From positions 35,774,001 to 35,838,000 of the forward strand of contig OZ024751.1 in NCBI GenBank assembly GCA_964016885.1: a stretch of 64,000 bases of DNA. The letters run 5' to 3'. The stretch is from Eledone cirrhosa. Lineage: Eukaryota. Both the position numbers and the translations under genes were made by a program. The notes beneath the pieces are model-generated. The model ran no database searches. It saw only the letters and a program-made list of their open reading frames with translations, and had not been told where the DNA came from. Shown piece by piece: positions 33,304 to 48,380 of the stretch (positions are counted from its first letter, which is position 1; each line of letters opens with the position of its first letter).

Positions 33304-33742
33304 CCTAGACACACATAGGTGGATATACATATTCACACTTACACACAGATATATAAGTACGTTTACATCGCCACCATTATCAGGAGGGAGATCTCAATAG
33401 TTTAATAAACTTATTTCTCTTTTCACTCTACATGCTGATGTTGGCAGCCAGCTAACAATTGAAGACATTTTCAGTACAACAACAGCAACAACAGCAACAA
33501 CAACTACAACCTCCTATCCCCTTCCTCTAAAAAAAATATAAAACCATTCCAGTTTGTCTCAGAGAAGCATGAAGGTTGACTAAACTAAGACATCAGGGAA
33601 TACTGTCCTTATAGTCACGTGTGGAAATTGTAAATACCTATATATCGCTTGGCTGAAGTTGTCCACAGATATGTGGACCAGGTATTCATGCTTTACAAGA
33701 AGACTCCTTTACCATATTGTTTTCCAGTATTAACTTGAAGAA

Positions 33743-33969
33743 GGCGTGTGAAGGCGTGTGGCTGAGTGGTTAGAGAATTGGATTCGCAATCGTAAGGTTG
33801 TGAGTTCGATTCCTGGACCAGGCGATGCGTTATGCCCTTGAGCAAGACACTTTATTTTACGTTGCTCCTTCTACCTGGAGTTGCGACCGATAGATAGTAT
33901 TAGCAATTGGAAAGACCAACGGAAACACTGTTCCCTCGGTCCGATTTGACGAAAGTCGATCGATCTTCC
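33743..33969 (+). mobile_element. tRNA-derived SINE, family B-like
   Basis: A-box tggctgagtggt, B-box gagttcgattcc, body 'cccttgagcaagacacttt'. 12-bp TSD taacttgaagaa at 33731-33742 and 33970-33981. Confidence 0.85.
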
Positions 33970-34138
33970 TAACTTGAAGAATATGAAGAAGTCGTGTAAC
34001 CAATTATTAAGAGGTTTTGGTTCACGAACGTCGAAGGTTCCTTTTCAGAATCAGGTGCCATGATGGTTTTGTTCTTTAACTCAGCTGAAAAAATAATAAC
34101 AATATTAATAATTGTTTCTGATGATAATAATAATAATA

Positions 34139-34545
34139 ATTGTTTCTACTTTTGGCACAAGGCCAGCAATTACCCAGTACATTACTGGTATTTTATTTTA
34201 TCGACCCCGTAAGGATGAAAGGCAAAGTTGACCTCGGCGGGATTTGAACTCAGAATGGAAAGGGCCGTAACTCTATGCGTCAAAGCATGACGTCCGACCC
34301 TCTACCGATACTGCCAATCCACCAATAATAATGATTTCTAGAATAGGCACAAGGCCAGTAATTTGGGGGAAGGGGAAAGTCGATTAAATCGACCTCAGTG
34401 GATTACTGGTACTTTATTTTATCGACCCCGTAAGGATAAAAAACAAAGCTAACCTCGGCGGAATTTTAACTCAAGACGTAAAGGGCCATAACTTTATGCT
34501 GCAAAGCATGGTGTCAGATGCTCTACCGATACTGCCAATCCACCA
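34139..34545 (-). mobile_element. two adjacent family A SINEs
   Basis: Two successive copies of ggcacaaggccag...atcgaccccgtaaggat...ctgccaatccacc. Confidence 0.85.
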
Positions 34546-35184
34546 CCCTAATAATATCAACAACAACAATAATAATAATAACATAATTATTATTATTAAT
34601 CACAATTTTCTGATAGCCTGCTGTCGCAGCCTATCGCGCACCTGGCTGTTAAGGGTTAATTGCTATAAGCAGATAACATGTTTATTGGTGATAAAACAGC
34701 CCAGTAATCAACTAGTTGCAAACATTAACCCTAGCCAACAACTTTTATGATTACCACACCCACCCATTTCTCACCCCCCCCCCCATCCCCGACATGTAAC
34801 GTGTATTCCGCAATTGTAATCTCTCCATTTCATTTTATATAACGTGTTTGTTGGGTTTTCTTTTTGTGTTAAATTCTTTCCAAAACTCATTAACTCTTCA
34901 TAAGCATTCATTATAGGAAAATGTGAAAATGTGAACAAATTTAAATAACAAAATATTACAGTTGGTTGTACACGAAATGTCTAGGAAACACACAGAAACA
35001 TACACATACACACAGGCGTACCATTCGTACCCCACCTCACACGTATATGTATATGTAAATGTGTATGTATATGTATAAATAGTTACATAACAATGATACT
35101 ACGCAAAATTATGTAGGCTACCGTTCGGTTTCATACAGGAGCAGATAATGTTGGTGATATTACTACTTCATATATACATACATG

Positions 35185-35495
35185 ATGATGGGTGCCTCCT
35201 CGTTATCGAGTATGGCCATTGCACGATATACCATTATTAATAATTATTAATTAATTCTATCGTGCAATGCCTGTTCGTGAAGATTCATTTTTTAAAGTGA
35301 GGAAAGACTGTGCACTGAGCCAATCCCACTCTCTGAGAGACAGTAGCTGTAACCCGAAAAGAAGAAAAGATCAACATCATCGGTAACTACTGAGCCGCAG
35401 GTTTTATGTCGGGGTTATCCCAGTTGTTGAGTTACCTTCTCCTCGAAGAATGCCCTAACAAAGGCTAGGGGTCCTTCACTCCCAGAGGTTTAACT
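35185..35495 (-). mobile_element. second copy of the probable RTE-derived short element
   Basis: Aligns to 2482-2790 and ends in a short (CAT)n on the minus strand. Confidence 0.55.
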
Positions 35496-35510
35496 GTGCA
35501 ATCAAGTATC

Positions 35511-35612
<102 letters not shown>

Positions 35613-35776
35613 TATATATATATACACACATATATATATATATATATATATGCATCTTGTTACTCTGGAGTTCCACCTGTTTATCACAAGACTCATTATT
35701 AAACCCTCATGAAATATATATTAAAATTCTAGTTCGGTATTGAGTAGCTTTTCTCTCAGCTGCCAACCACATACGA

Positions 35777-35808
<32 letters not shown>

Positions 35809-35829
35809 ATGTATGTTTGTATATATATA

Positions 35830-35919
<90 letters not shown>

Positions 35920-36975
35920 CTTGTCAATATATTGTTACACATGTCTATTTGCATTGAAAGTTATATAGTTTCTGTTTGATAGAAACTTGTTTAATGCTAA
36001 GAGAGAATAAAATTTCTGCGCAGTTAAACACCAGGCGATTCATATCAGAAAGATTATAGTAGTACAGTAATATATGTACTAATATTGAATACATAGAAAA
36101 TCTGATTCAAGTGTAAATAGTGTAAATACTATTGCAAGTTTGATCAAGGAAAGCCAAGCTAGTTTCAACTGTGTCCACTCTACCTTGTAATTTCTTTCTC
36201 AACCATATATTTTTCAAATTAAGATATTTTACACAATTTATTGAAATACGATCTAATGTCAAAATATTATCTTTCATGCAGCACACATTAAATAATAAAA
36301 ATACAATCTCGTCTTTTTTGACCATACTAATTTCTGGTTTTCTGCAGACGACCAACAATATTCCAATTTCAACCAAACTTTTGCTACGTTTTAACTTCCT
36401 TACCTCGATAGATTTAAGTCATGGACGGGTTCTCACTTTAAAATGGCGTATCTATGTCTCTCAATTTCTCATGTAAATACCGTCTTTGTTCTATTACTAT
36501 AGTTTTACAAAACTCTAATCGATACACAAATGATATTATATTTCTGATGGTTAGTAACTTTCCTAAAACAAAAATTTCAGTCCGTCGAACACATTTCCTT
36601 TAGACTTTCTCTCTCTTTCTCTTTTATATTTATTTCCTCCCACTTTATCCGACTCTCCCCAACTCTCTCTCTTTATATATTTAAGCATATATGTAAACAT
36701 AGACACACATAAACACACACACGTATATATATATATATAAAGTCAGGTATATACATTACGCTCATACACATATGTATACACACCCAAGCTTCATATATGT
36801 ACACACGCACACGCACACGCACACACAGACACATACACACACACCCACCCACACATACACACACACACACACACACATATACATATATGTATGTATATGA
36901 AGAATAAAAATAAACGGACACAAGACAGCACAATAAAGAAATATATCAGTTAAACACTTGATAGTAAGAAAAGCG

Positions 36976-37011
36976 TCTTGACATTTCGGACACTAGCCCT
37001 TCATCAGAAGA
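36976..37011 (-). ncRNA. minimal hammerhead-like motif
   Basis: Minus strand: tctt CTGATGA a gggc-tagt-gtcc GAAA tg TC aaga. Confidence 0.6.
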
Positions 37012-37143
37012 TAGACTGAGAAGTATGGATTGAAATAAAAAGATATAGAACGAGAAGAAGAAACAACGGAAAAAGGTTTGGAGAAAGTATACGTATGTGT
37101 TCATTCAGCCATTTTGGGGGAGATGGTAACTTTCTCTCTCTCC

Positions 37144-37187
<44 letters not shown>

Positions 37188-37243
37188 ATAGAGATGGAGG
37201 GATAGGTAGATAGATATATTGATAGATAGACATCGATAGATAG

Positions 37244-37320
<77 letters not shown>

Positions 37321-38122
37321 GAAATCGATAAATAGATAGATAGATAGATAGGTAGATAGGTAGGAGGTAGGTAGGTAGATAGATAGATAGAAAGTTAAGT
37401 AGATAGATAGATAGATAAATAGATATATAGATAAGTAGATAGAAAGATAAGTAGATAGATAGATAAATAGATAGATAGGTATGTAGATAGATAGATAGAA
37501 AGATAAGTAGGTAGATAGATAGATAAATAGATAGATAGATAGAGTTCCATCAAGTACATTGGCTATATCACGTATTAAAAAGCAATTTCATTCCATCAAG
37601 ACAAAATGCTCTACATTCATTTTATCATGGATTGTTAAACTCCTAAAATGTCTGCTACAGATAATTTCTGTTAACGTAGGCGGAAGTTAGTTGGTGAGAA
37701 AGAAAAAGGCATTCATATTATATTAGCAGATTGTGCTCTATTTTCTACACATTAATGTTACTCACTCATTTAAAAAGTAAAAATATGAGAAATACACACG
37801 AGGCATACACACAACCTTTTCAATTGCATATAGTTATTGTATAATAAACCTTAATGACATGGAAACTAGGAACAGGAAGAAACATTGAAAGCAATAAAGA
37901 AAGAAAAGAGTGAGAAAAGAAGAAGAAGAAGAAGAAGAAGAAGAAGAAGAAGAAGAAGAAGAAGAAGAAGAAGAAGAAGAAGAAGGAGGAGAAGAAGAAG
38001 GAGAAGAAGAAGGAGGAGAAGAATGCTTACCTTAAATGCATGGACGAAAGAAACTCTTTAATGACACCACTTCTACCTCATCTCTTTCTCCTTATACACA
38101 CACATACATACACACTCGCACA

Positions 38123-38172
<50 letters not shown>

Positions 38173-38266
38173 CACAGGTGAGGAAGAATGTTGAGATGTG
38201 GCATAGTGAGAGATAGAGGAATTTCAGGTGAGTTCTGGCAAGTCGAAACTATTAGAGAAATGTACT

Positions 38267-38350
<84 letters not shown>

Positions 38351-38741
38351 GAGAGAGAGAGAGGTATTGTCTTCAAAGATATAAAAATCAGAAGTCACTT
38401 CCTCTCCAATCCCGTCACCTCTCCCGAACCCTTTATTTCTCGTCTACAATGAGTTTCTTCTCTATATATACTGTAGTGTCTTAAACAAATGCACGGGCAC
38501 CTAAGACTTTTAACAAACGTATGGTACATATTACCAAGTCATACTCGATTGTCAGTGACGGTTGAGGTCTATGTCAATCAATCAATCAATCGATAATGTG
38601 CAATGTCGTTCAGTATCGATCACTATGTTTCTCTACCTCGTGTCATTCCCTACATATGTTGTAGTTATTTGTAAGTTCAGGGGTTTTGGTTATGTCATCG
38701 TCTGTGTCCCTGTGTTGTATTTGTTTATTTTACAAGTTACA

Positions 38742-38942
38742 AGGAAGTTCAAGTATCTCGTGACCGTGTAATGGAAGGCAGGAGGCTGAATTAAGTGCAA
38801 TAATTGCAGGACCTGGTGCAGTAATGCACCAGCTTTAGCATTCAGCCACCAGAAGAAAGGAGGTAGGTTTAAAAGCCAAATTGAAGCTATCTTCAATTTG
38901 GTATTCGTGTTATCCATTACCTACGGTCATGAATCTTGGATA
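38742..38942 (+). mobile_element. decayed RTE-clade LINE reverse transcriptase fragment
   Basis: KFKYLVTV / RQEAELSAIIAGPGAVMHQL* / RKEVGLKAKL / AIFNLVFVLSITYGHESW across frameshifts. Confidence 0.8.
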
Positions 38943-39124
38943 ATTGTTTCTACTTTAGGCACAAGACCAGCAATTACCCAGTACATTACTGGTACTTTAT
39001 TTTATCGACCCCGTAAGGATGAAAGGCAAAGTTAACCTCGGTGGGATTTGAACTCAGACTGTAAAGGGACGTAACTATGCTAGAAAACATGGCGTCCAAC
39101 CCTCTACCGATACTGCCAATTCAC
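38943..39124 (-). mobile_element. family A SINE
   Basis: Same core and B-box as the 1151 copy. Confidence 0.85.
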
Positions 39125-39752
39125 AATGGTTAAATTTCTCATATTATATATGGATATTCCATTCATGATTATTAACATTTCTAATTTAATTTATTCATTT
39201 CATCTCAATTGTTAGGTTTCAACCGTGTATTGAGTGAGATAAGGTAATTTGAAATCCCCTCACTGACGATCTGTCCCAAAATACCCAATTTCGCTGATAT
39301 CTGGTGAAATATATTCTGATAATGACATATTTATAGTTATCGAGCACAGCTCTATGCGTCTTGGGTCTCTGCAGTGTTATGTCTCTGCTCTTGTTTCTAT
39401 GTAGTATGTACGTGCCGCGTCAAGCTGTGTCATTGGCTGGGTTCGATGTATTTGTAAGTCTTGTTATATTGGTTATGTCTTGCTGCCGTCGTCTTCCTCC
39501 TCTCCCTACTCCTCCTCCTCCTCCTCCTTATTATTATTATTATTATTATCATCATCAACATTATTGTTATAGCCATCATCATCATAATCATTATCATCAT
39601 CACCAACATATTCATCATCATTTTACGTCCTTATTTAATTAGATGTGTGATCTCAACATCACTCAAGGCTGGCTGAAGGTGTGAAATATTTTAAAGTTTG
39701 CTTACAGCTAAGCTAACTAAATTACATAATTGAAAGGGAGAAAAGGTTACTC

Positions 39753-39849
<97 letters not shown>

Positions 39850-40010
39850 GTATATATATATACACACAAATATATATATATATGTATATATATATATGTA
39901 TATATATATGTATATATATATGTATATATATATGTATATATGTATATATTTGTGTATATATGTATATATATATATATGTCTATATATGTATATATGTATA
40001 TATTTGTGTA

Positions 40011-40085
<75 letters not shown>

Positions 40086-40538
40086 GTTATATATATATAT
40101 ATATATTTATTTTTGTCATATATATATATATTTATGTTATATATATATATATGTATATATATGTATATACTTATATATATATATATATATATATATCACA
40201 CTCTTATCATATTATTGCAGTGAATGGTGTAAAATGCGGTCCATAGAAGGATCAACATTGAGTTGATAATATATATTTACATTTGATTATCCACTCTAGT
40301 CATGGAGTCGTAAACTACAACGAATCGTGCTTTAATGCTGTAACCTGCCCGATAGCACCACTTCAACAGCCAAATATCCAGGCGTCTATACGACATTTCA
40401 CTATACTATACCACATATATATGTATATATATACACCCATATATATAGATATATGTATGTGAAAGTAATATATATCTATATATATGGGTTTATATATATA
40501 TATATACACCCATATATATAGATATATGTATGTGAAAG

Positions 40539-40623
<85 letters not shown>

Positions 40624-40984
40624 GATATATATATATATGTGTGTGTTTTATATACTGTGACATTGTTGGAAGCTCACAAATGGCAAAGATGATAAAATGC
40701 AGGAAAGTTGAAACTTTGATTTATTGCCAATGTCGCCATAGGTAATGGACTGGTGTTACCAAAGAATAATTGAGATTCAAATTTTATTGAAGGTTTAACA
40801 TTTACTATTCAAAAGAAAAAAAAAAGAAGGATACGAGCCTTGCATTTAAATATACACATTATATGCAGGCAATCTGGCACATCTATCTATCTATCTGTGA
40901 TAACATTTTACACGTTTTTATTGTATGTAAACTTCCCCCTTTGTATTTGTCCCCTTCTTTTGTGCCCCTGTGGCTAATAAAGAA

Positions 40985-41020
<36 letters not shown>

Positions 41021-42007
41021 GAGAGATAGATAGATATAAATAGATAGATAGATAGAGAGAGTTGAAAGTGGAAGACAGAAAGTGTCAAGGAACTGAGTGA
41101 GAAAGACAGAAGTGTGTGTGTATTTGTGTTAGTAGAAGGATACGTAATTTGAATTCAGAACGCACAGAGCTGTATGGATTGGTAAATTTATTTATCGATA
41201 CCAAAATGATGAAAGACAAAGTTGACCTCGACGGGATTTGAACTCGGTGTGAGTCGTAATGTCAACTGCAAATGTTAATGGAGAAAGGTAAACTGCTGGA
41301 GAAATCAGTACTTGTCGCCCATTTTCGATTCTCAGTATATTTATTTGATAACGTTGAGAAGAATAAATCCCAGACAAACTAATATCCGTTCGTTTACATT
41401 TCTCTAGTAGATTCTGCCTACCATGTTTGTTTTAATACGGTTCTACTCTAAGTGCCACTTCCGCACAATCTCTTTCATGACTTTAATTCAGAAATTATTT
41501 TATGACAAACATGGTTTGTCTTCATATCAGCTGGCGTGGCGTGGCGTTGTATGGTGTGGCGTAGTGTATTGTGGCATGGTGCAGAGTGGTGCGGTGTGGC
41601 GTATGTATCGTTTCTTTGCATATACTGATTACCTGAACAAAGATATAAAAGTAAAATTGAGTTAATACTAACATTGAATTCACTTATATGAAATAAAATA
41701 GAATTTTCCTTTGCACTCAATGAAATATAAGTTAACCTGAAGTTTGGCGAAACTTCCAGACACTCTGATTTTGTTTACGCCTAATTTCGTTAAATCTGTA
41801 TTGTAAATATAGCTAATATAAGAGCAGACAAATTCCAAGTTCTAATAGCTTAAACCTTTATTCTATCGGTGCAGAAAGATGCTCTATATGTTTACTGAAA
41901 ATTTTCAATGCAAACATTATATAAGAATGTAATTATTATTATTTTTTATTATTAGTACTCTTCTTCTTCTTCTTCTTCTTCTTCTTCTTCTTCTTCTTCT
42001 TCTTCTT

Positions 42008-42090
<83 letters not shown>

Positions 42091-42184
42091 CATTGTTTTT
42101 CTTATTGTTGTTATTGTTATTATCATTATTACTTTGTTGTTATTTGTATTATTTTTATCATTATTAATATTGTTGTTGTTGTTG

Positions 42185-42227
<43 letters not shown>

Positions 42228-42613
42228 CATTATTATTATTATTATTATTATTATACGTTCTCGCAGAACAGCAATCTTGTTACTCTGTTATTTACTTTTT
42301 CAAAGAATAATTTCTACAAGAGTTGAGATCATAGTTAAATTTTAATTTCCCACCAGTTCTCCTATATCAAAGATTTTAACATAGACCATAGTTAAATTAT
42401 ATAAGATTAGTTCAGTTGACCCACTTTCCTATCAAACATTTCACCAAAAGCTAATCACTTTGATGTCTTCCATAGCTATATTATGTTTAATAAAATGGCG
42501 ACATAAGTTAATATTATATTAAAATGGCGGGCAAATTAGTTAATATTATATTAGTTAGATTCGTGTGAGATTAAAATGCTAAAGTTGCAGTTTTCAGTTC
42601 TCATTGTTTATCA

Positions 42614-42735
<122 letters not shown>

Positions 42736-42893
42736 TATATATATATTTACATATATGTAGATATACATACTTACATATATGTATGTATATATAGCAATAT
42801 ACATATATGTATATATATGTAGATATACATACTGACATATATATATTTATATATTAATATATATATATTTATATATATGTAGATATACATACT

Positions 42894-42924
<31 letters not shown>

Positions 42925-42958
42925 GTAGATATACATACTTATATATATATATATATAC

Positions 42959-43027
<69 letters not shown>

Positions 43028-43039
43028 CAAATACATACC

Positions 43040-43077
<38 letters not shown>

Positions 43078-43605
43078 AATAACATTTTTTAAGTTTTCAG
43101 AATTATATTAAAAAAGAGAAAGGTTTAAGTTAAACCAAGGTGGAGGGTGAGAAAAGTCGACGACTTTGTTTTTTGAATATATTTAATCGGTAAAATGAAA
43201 AGACAACATTACTGATACGATAGAGAAACAATAATAATTATATTACAATAAAGCAAAGATCGTCTGACAATGGGAATTGTTACTGAGTCAGTGGAACGAG
43301 TTCAAATCTCATGCAATAAATTATATTTAAAATGTGAGTTCAAAGTTTTACTGTAACTCACTGACCATTACTCACTGACCATTACTCAGTGAACAGTGAC
43401 CAGTGACCAGTGGACAGAGAACAGTGACCAGTAAACCAAGAAAGAAGCACCTATGTGGTCACATGGTCGGCTAGAAATTGAAGTGAAGAATTTAAAGTCT
43501 GGTTTTGAAATTGCTCACCATCACCATCCTCACCATCATCATCCTACTACTACCACCCTTACCACTACCAGCAGCAGCAGCAGTAGCAGCAGCAGCACCA
43601 CCACC

Positions 43606-43736
<131 letters not shown>

Positions 43737-43912
43737 GATTACCACTACTACTACTATTACCACATTGAGTGGCTTAGATATTTAAAATAGACATACGAGA
43801 TAAATAGCGAGAGGGAGAGAGAGAAAGAAGAGAGAAAGAAGAGAGAAAGAAGAGAGAAAGAGATAGATAGATAGATAGATGGATATATATATATATATAG
43901 ATATATAGATAG

Positions 43913-44037
<125 letters not shown>

Positions 44038-44379
44038 AAATAACATTAACTAAGATATCTGTATATAATTTCTTTAACATATATACATATGAGTCATCGA
44101 TAATAATCAATCGAGACATTTTTTTACGGAAGGTTTTGATTTCCAGAGATTGATCGCCTCTTCCAAAGTACATATACACACAGAAATAATAGAGAATCCA
44201 AAATGGTGGATACTATTCTTCGGAGATTTCACTAAGTATTGAAAGTTAACCTAATCTATTTCGAAGTATCATGGTGGATTGTGTAGCTCTATAGGTCTAC
44301 AACCTTTAGTATAAATATATATTTAATCGACAATCGATACCACAGGAACAATCCCAGTTGCACTTTTAGTCTACACACG

Positions 44380-44600
44380 TGACTTAGTGGTTTGGGTGGT
44401 GGACTAACAAACATAAGGTCATATGTTCGATTCTGGGACCAGGTCGAGCGTTATTTCCGCGAGAAAAATACTTTATTTCAGGTTCCGAACGGAAGATAAT
44501 ATAGAAATATATATACACCAACAGACACATTATTTAACTGGGAGCCAGTATTAACAATGGAAAGACCAATGGAAGCATTGTTTCCTTGGTCCGATCTGAT
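44380..44600 (+). mobile_element. family B-like SINE
   Basis: tgacttagtggt...gttcgattc head. 3' part homologous to 33905-33950. Confidence 0.7.
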
Positions 44601-44889
44601 AGCAACATCAATGCAGATAGCATCAGCAATGGAAAGATCAAGGGAAACACACACAGACTCACTCACACACAAACATACAACCACCCTCAGACAATCACAC
44701 ACACATACACACACATAAACCAACACCCAACCACAGACAGGGCCACACACACAATACACGAACGCACAATCATACACCCACCCTCATATACAGTCACACA
44801 CATGCACACACACTCCTACACACATATATTCACGAACATACACACACTAGTATGATAACAGGACAAATGTAAGAAGAAACACCAGCAGC

Positions 44890-44936
44890 AACAGCAAAGC
44901 AGACGACATTTCCCAGATGTCGTCTGCTTTGCTGTT
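44890..44936. other. perfect 20-bp inverted repeat with 7-nt loop
   Basis: aacagcaaagcagacgacat-ttcccag-atgtcgtctgctttgctgtt. Confidence 0.9.
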
Positions 44937-45921
44937 TGTTTAAATTGGAAGAATGGAAAAAAAAATGTTCTCGCTTCACAATAGTGAAGAGGAAAATAAA
45001 ATAAAATAAAATAAACTGGAATAAAATAGAATAAGATATAATATAGTAAAATAAAATAAAATAAAATAAAATAAAGTAAAATAAGATAAGATAAGATAAG
45101 ATAAGATAAAATAAACTAAAATAAGATAAAATAAACTAAAATAAACTAAACTAAACTAAACTAAAATAAAATAAGATAAAATAAAATAAAATAAAATAAA
45201 ATAAAATAAAATAAAATAAAATAAAATAAAATAAAATAAGATAAGATAGACATTATTACAGTTGGCTTGAAACGTCATGAGGTATTACGTCATAGGGAAA
45301 TGAAGTGTCGATTTATTGTGGTCTAGTATAATCCTACGTAGTAACATGGTTAGCTTTTATAAGATTAACAACTTCGTTTTTAGCTCCAACAGATGGATTA
45401 GTGTTAATCCTGTGTGTCGTCTGCATTTGAGGGTTATTTAAATGGAGAGAAATGTTTTCATTTCTACGTCATATACATCGTACAATAGATGTATGTATGT
45501 ATGTATGTATGTATGTATGTATGTATGTATGTATGTATGTATGTATGTATGTATGTATGTATGTATGTATGTATTTATATATGTATGTATGTACGTATGT
45601 AGGCAAGTATGTATGTAGGCAAGTATGTATGTAGGCAAGTATGTATGTAGGCAAGTATGTATGTATGTATGTATATATGTATGTGTGTGTATGTATGGGT
45701 ATGAAAGTATGTATGTATTTATGAATGTATGTATATAACTATATGCCACAAAGCATGTTGTCCGTTGCTCTACTGATTCTGCCAATCCAGCACCCTGACT
45801 TAGGCACTTTTGGGGGGAAGGAAAAGATATATATTTGCTCTAGGGTTCTTATATATTTGATATATATTTATCCTTATCGAGCCCTCTTTGGATTTTAGTC
45901 TTCAAATTTATTATTATTACT

Positions 45922-45955
<34 letters not shown>

Positions 45956-45970
45956 ATATATATATATATA

Positions 45971-46020
<50 letters not shown>

Positions 46021-46609
46021 GGTGTGGCCGTGTGTGTTATCTTGGTGACAGTTGAATTGGAGCAAAACAACAACAGCAACAACCAGAAACAGTCCAATAT
46101 AAACATCAATACAATTATTAAACAAAAACAATTAAAGACATACTTTATTAACTGTGAATATATTGAAATGGTTTCATGTTTAATGTGTTTGAAATGAGGC
46201 CAACAAACCATATATGGTCATAGACTCACAGGGAAGATGAGATTGGTATTTCAAGGGTACTGAATAATTGATAGAATGAATTAGATATTGGTAAGGAAAT
46301 AGGGTCAACATGCGTCCCCTGGGGGGTGGGGGTGGGGACAAAATTGATACTTGAAAAGTTCACAGAGTTTAAATATCACATAGGGTTCTTGGGGCTGGAT
46401 AGGAAGATGGCGGGGGGTCCGGGCAAACCATGGAATATTACGTAGATACAACAACAATATTGGTAACAATAACAATGTCTATTACAACAACATCAAACGC
46501 CATCTTCGTTACAGACACTACCAGCAGCACCACCACTACTTCAGCAAATACAATAACAACTACAAATACACCAACAACGATATCAAAAAACAACGATGAT
46601 GACCACCAC

Positions 46610-47188
46610 CACTGGAGCTTGTGTAAAATGTATGGAATTCTATCTGCGGAAACAAGCTATGAAGATCATATCACAAATGATATGAGAGTGCTGGAGAAGG
46701 TTAATATTAAGTTGTTGTAGGACTTCTCAATTCATAAAGATTGAAGACAACAGACCAGATATTGTGGTAATTGAGAAGAAAGAAACTACCCTTATAGATG
46801 TCGTGTGTCCCTTTGACACCAGAATTAAACGGAAACAGGAGAAATGTAGGGACTTATACCGACTTAAAATATGAGATCTTGAAATGCTGGAGTAATGTAG
46901 TAAAGACAGTCGCCATTGTCCCAGTAGTGATTGGTGCTGTTGGCATGGTGACAAAGAACCTTAAAAACTACCTCTTGAAAATAGACTTTACACACGGGAT
47001 TGAACTGTTCCAGAAGGCATGTCTAGTGGGAAGAGTCCAAATATTGAGAAAGGTTTTTGACTATTAATAATAGTGAAATAACAAGGAATCATATAAAAGA
47101 AGTTTGAGTCACCCTAGGTTGCTAGTTGTAGCCCGCTTTTCCTCAAAGTAACATCAAATTTGATCATGATAAATTGTTAAATAATAAT
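46610..47188 (+). mobile_element. 3' fragment of an R4/Dong-like RLE non-LTR retrotransposon
   Basis: HWSLCKMYG...NRPDIVVIEKK...IDVVCPFD...YTDLKYEI...VPVVIGAVGMV...QKACLVGRVQILRKV with stops and frameshifts. Short 3' UTR ends in aataataat. Confidence 0.88.
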
Positions 47189-47310
47189 TTTCTTTATTTA
47201 GCTAAATAATACAATCACAGAAAACGTTATCTGGGGGGAAGTGGTAGAGTGTGGGGTGTAATAGCAGAAATCACGTGTGGGATGAACAGGACAAAGTTAT
47301 ATAAATAGAA

Positions 47311-47372
<62 letters not shown>

Positions 47373-47749
47373 GTAATAATAATGAAATTAATAATAATTT
47401 AATGCGTTGTTACTGAGTAAATGAATGTGTGTGTGGTCGCAATATTGAACGGAACTCTCTTTGCGAAGATTAACGAACCACTTCATAATTATTCTCCCAG
47501 AATGGAATGTTGGAACATGTCAAATGGTTGAATATAAGAATTAACAATTCCAAGGAACCCAACCTGATTGGAGCCAATCTTAAAATTAAGTTAATACCGA
47601 AAGTCTTTCTAAATTAATCACAACTTTATAATGAGCAACATAGCCTTATTGTTAAATCATATATTCTCAGCAATTTAACTTTCCTTACAAATATTAATTT
47701 ATGCTCTCATAATTTCTGCGATAGGAAATCACGTTCTGTCGTTATGATG

Positions 47750-48090
47750 AGGTCAATAGATTAGTAGAGACGACAGAGCGTTGGATGAGATGGTTTACAG
47801 CATTCGTTCCTATACTCTGTGTTCAAATCTCGCTAAGGTCATCTTTGTTATTCATCCTTCCAGGGTTGATAACAAAAGGTACCTGTCAAGTAAGAGATCA
47901 GTAGAGCGTCGGATAAACTGCATTGTGTCATTTTGTTCCAGTTTTGTTTATGTTTTGAGTTCAAATCTCGCCGAGGTTAACGTTGACCTTCATCAATTCG
48001 GGGTCGATAACAAAAAAACACCATCAAGTACCGGAGTTGATTTAATCGGCTTTATCCCCGCTCTAAAGCTGCTGATCTTGCGCCTAAAGT
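47750..48090 (+). mobile_element. old family A-like SINEs (two heads)
   Basis: gttcaaatctcgc B-boxes at ~47821 and ~47959, each with a 'ttcatc...gggt(c/t)gataa' core. Confidence 0.7.
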
Positions 48091-48184
48091 AAAAAGCTTT
48101 CCTATATATATATAGCTTGTGATCAGTTCTCCAGAATTCTGTTTCAAGCCAATATGGCAGAGACGTGTTAAATGACGACGATAT

Positions 48185-48380
48185 ATAATTTAGATACAAA
48201 GCCAGGAATTTTGAGGGGTGGAGGAAAGTCGATTAAATCGAACACAGTGTGGTAGTGGTACTTTATTTTATCCACCCCGTTAGGATGAAAGTCAGAGCTA
48301 ACCCCGACAAGAGATTTGAACTCAGAATCTAAAGGGACGTAACAATATGACGCAACGCATGTTGTCCCACTCTCGACCAC
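48185..48380 (-). mobile_element. family A SINE
   Basis: ggtactttattttatccaccccgttaggatgaaa...gatttgaactcag. Confidence 0.75.

Noticed and set aside
33752-33822. tRNA gene
   Set aside because: A/B boxes run into a SINE body with a TSD, and there is no complete cloverleaf.
35650-35778. GAAAtatataTT plus tail-like tattgagtag
   Set aside because: The upstream CUGANGA and stem II are missing. At best a truncated remnant.
40200-40415. TA-flanked island with pLTR-tail-like 'ttatccactcta'
   Set aside because: No recoverable catalytic core; too degenerate to call.
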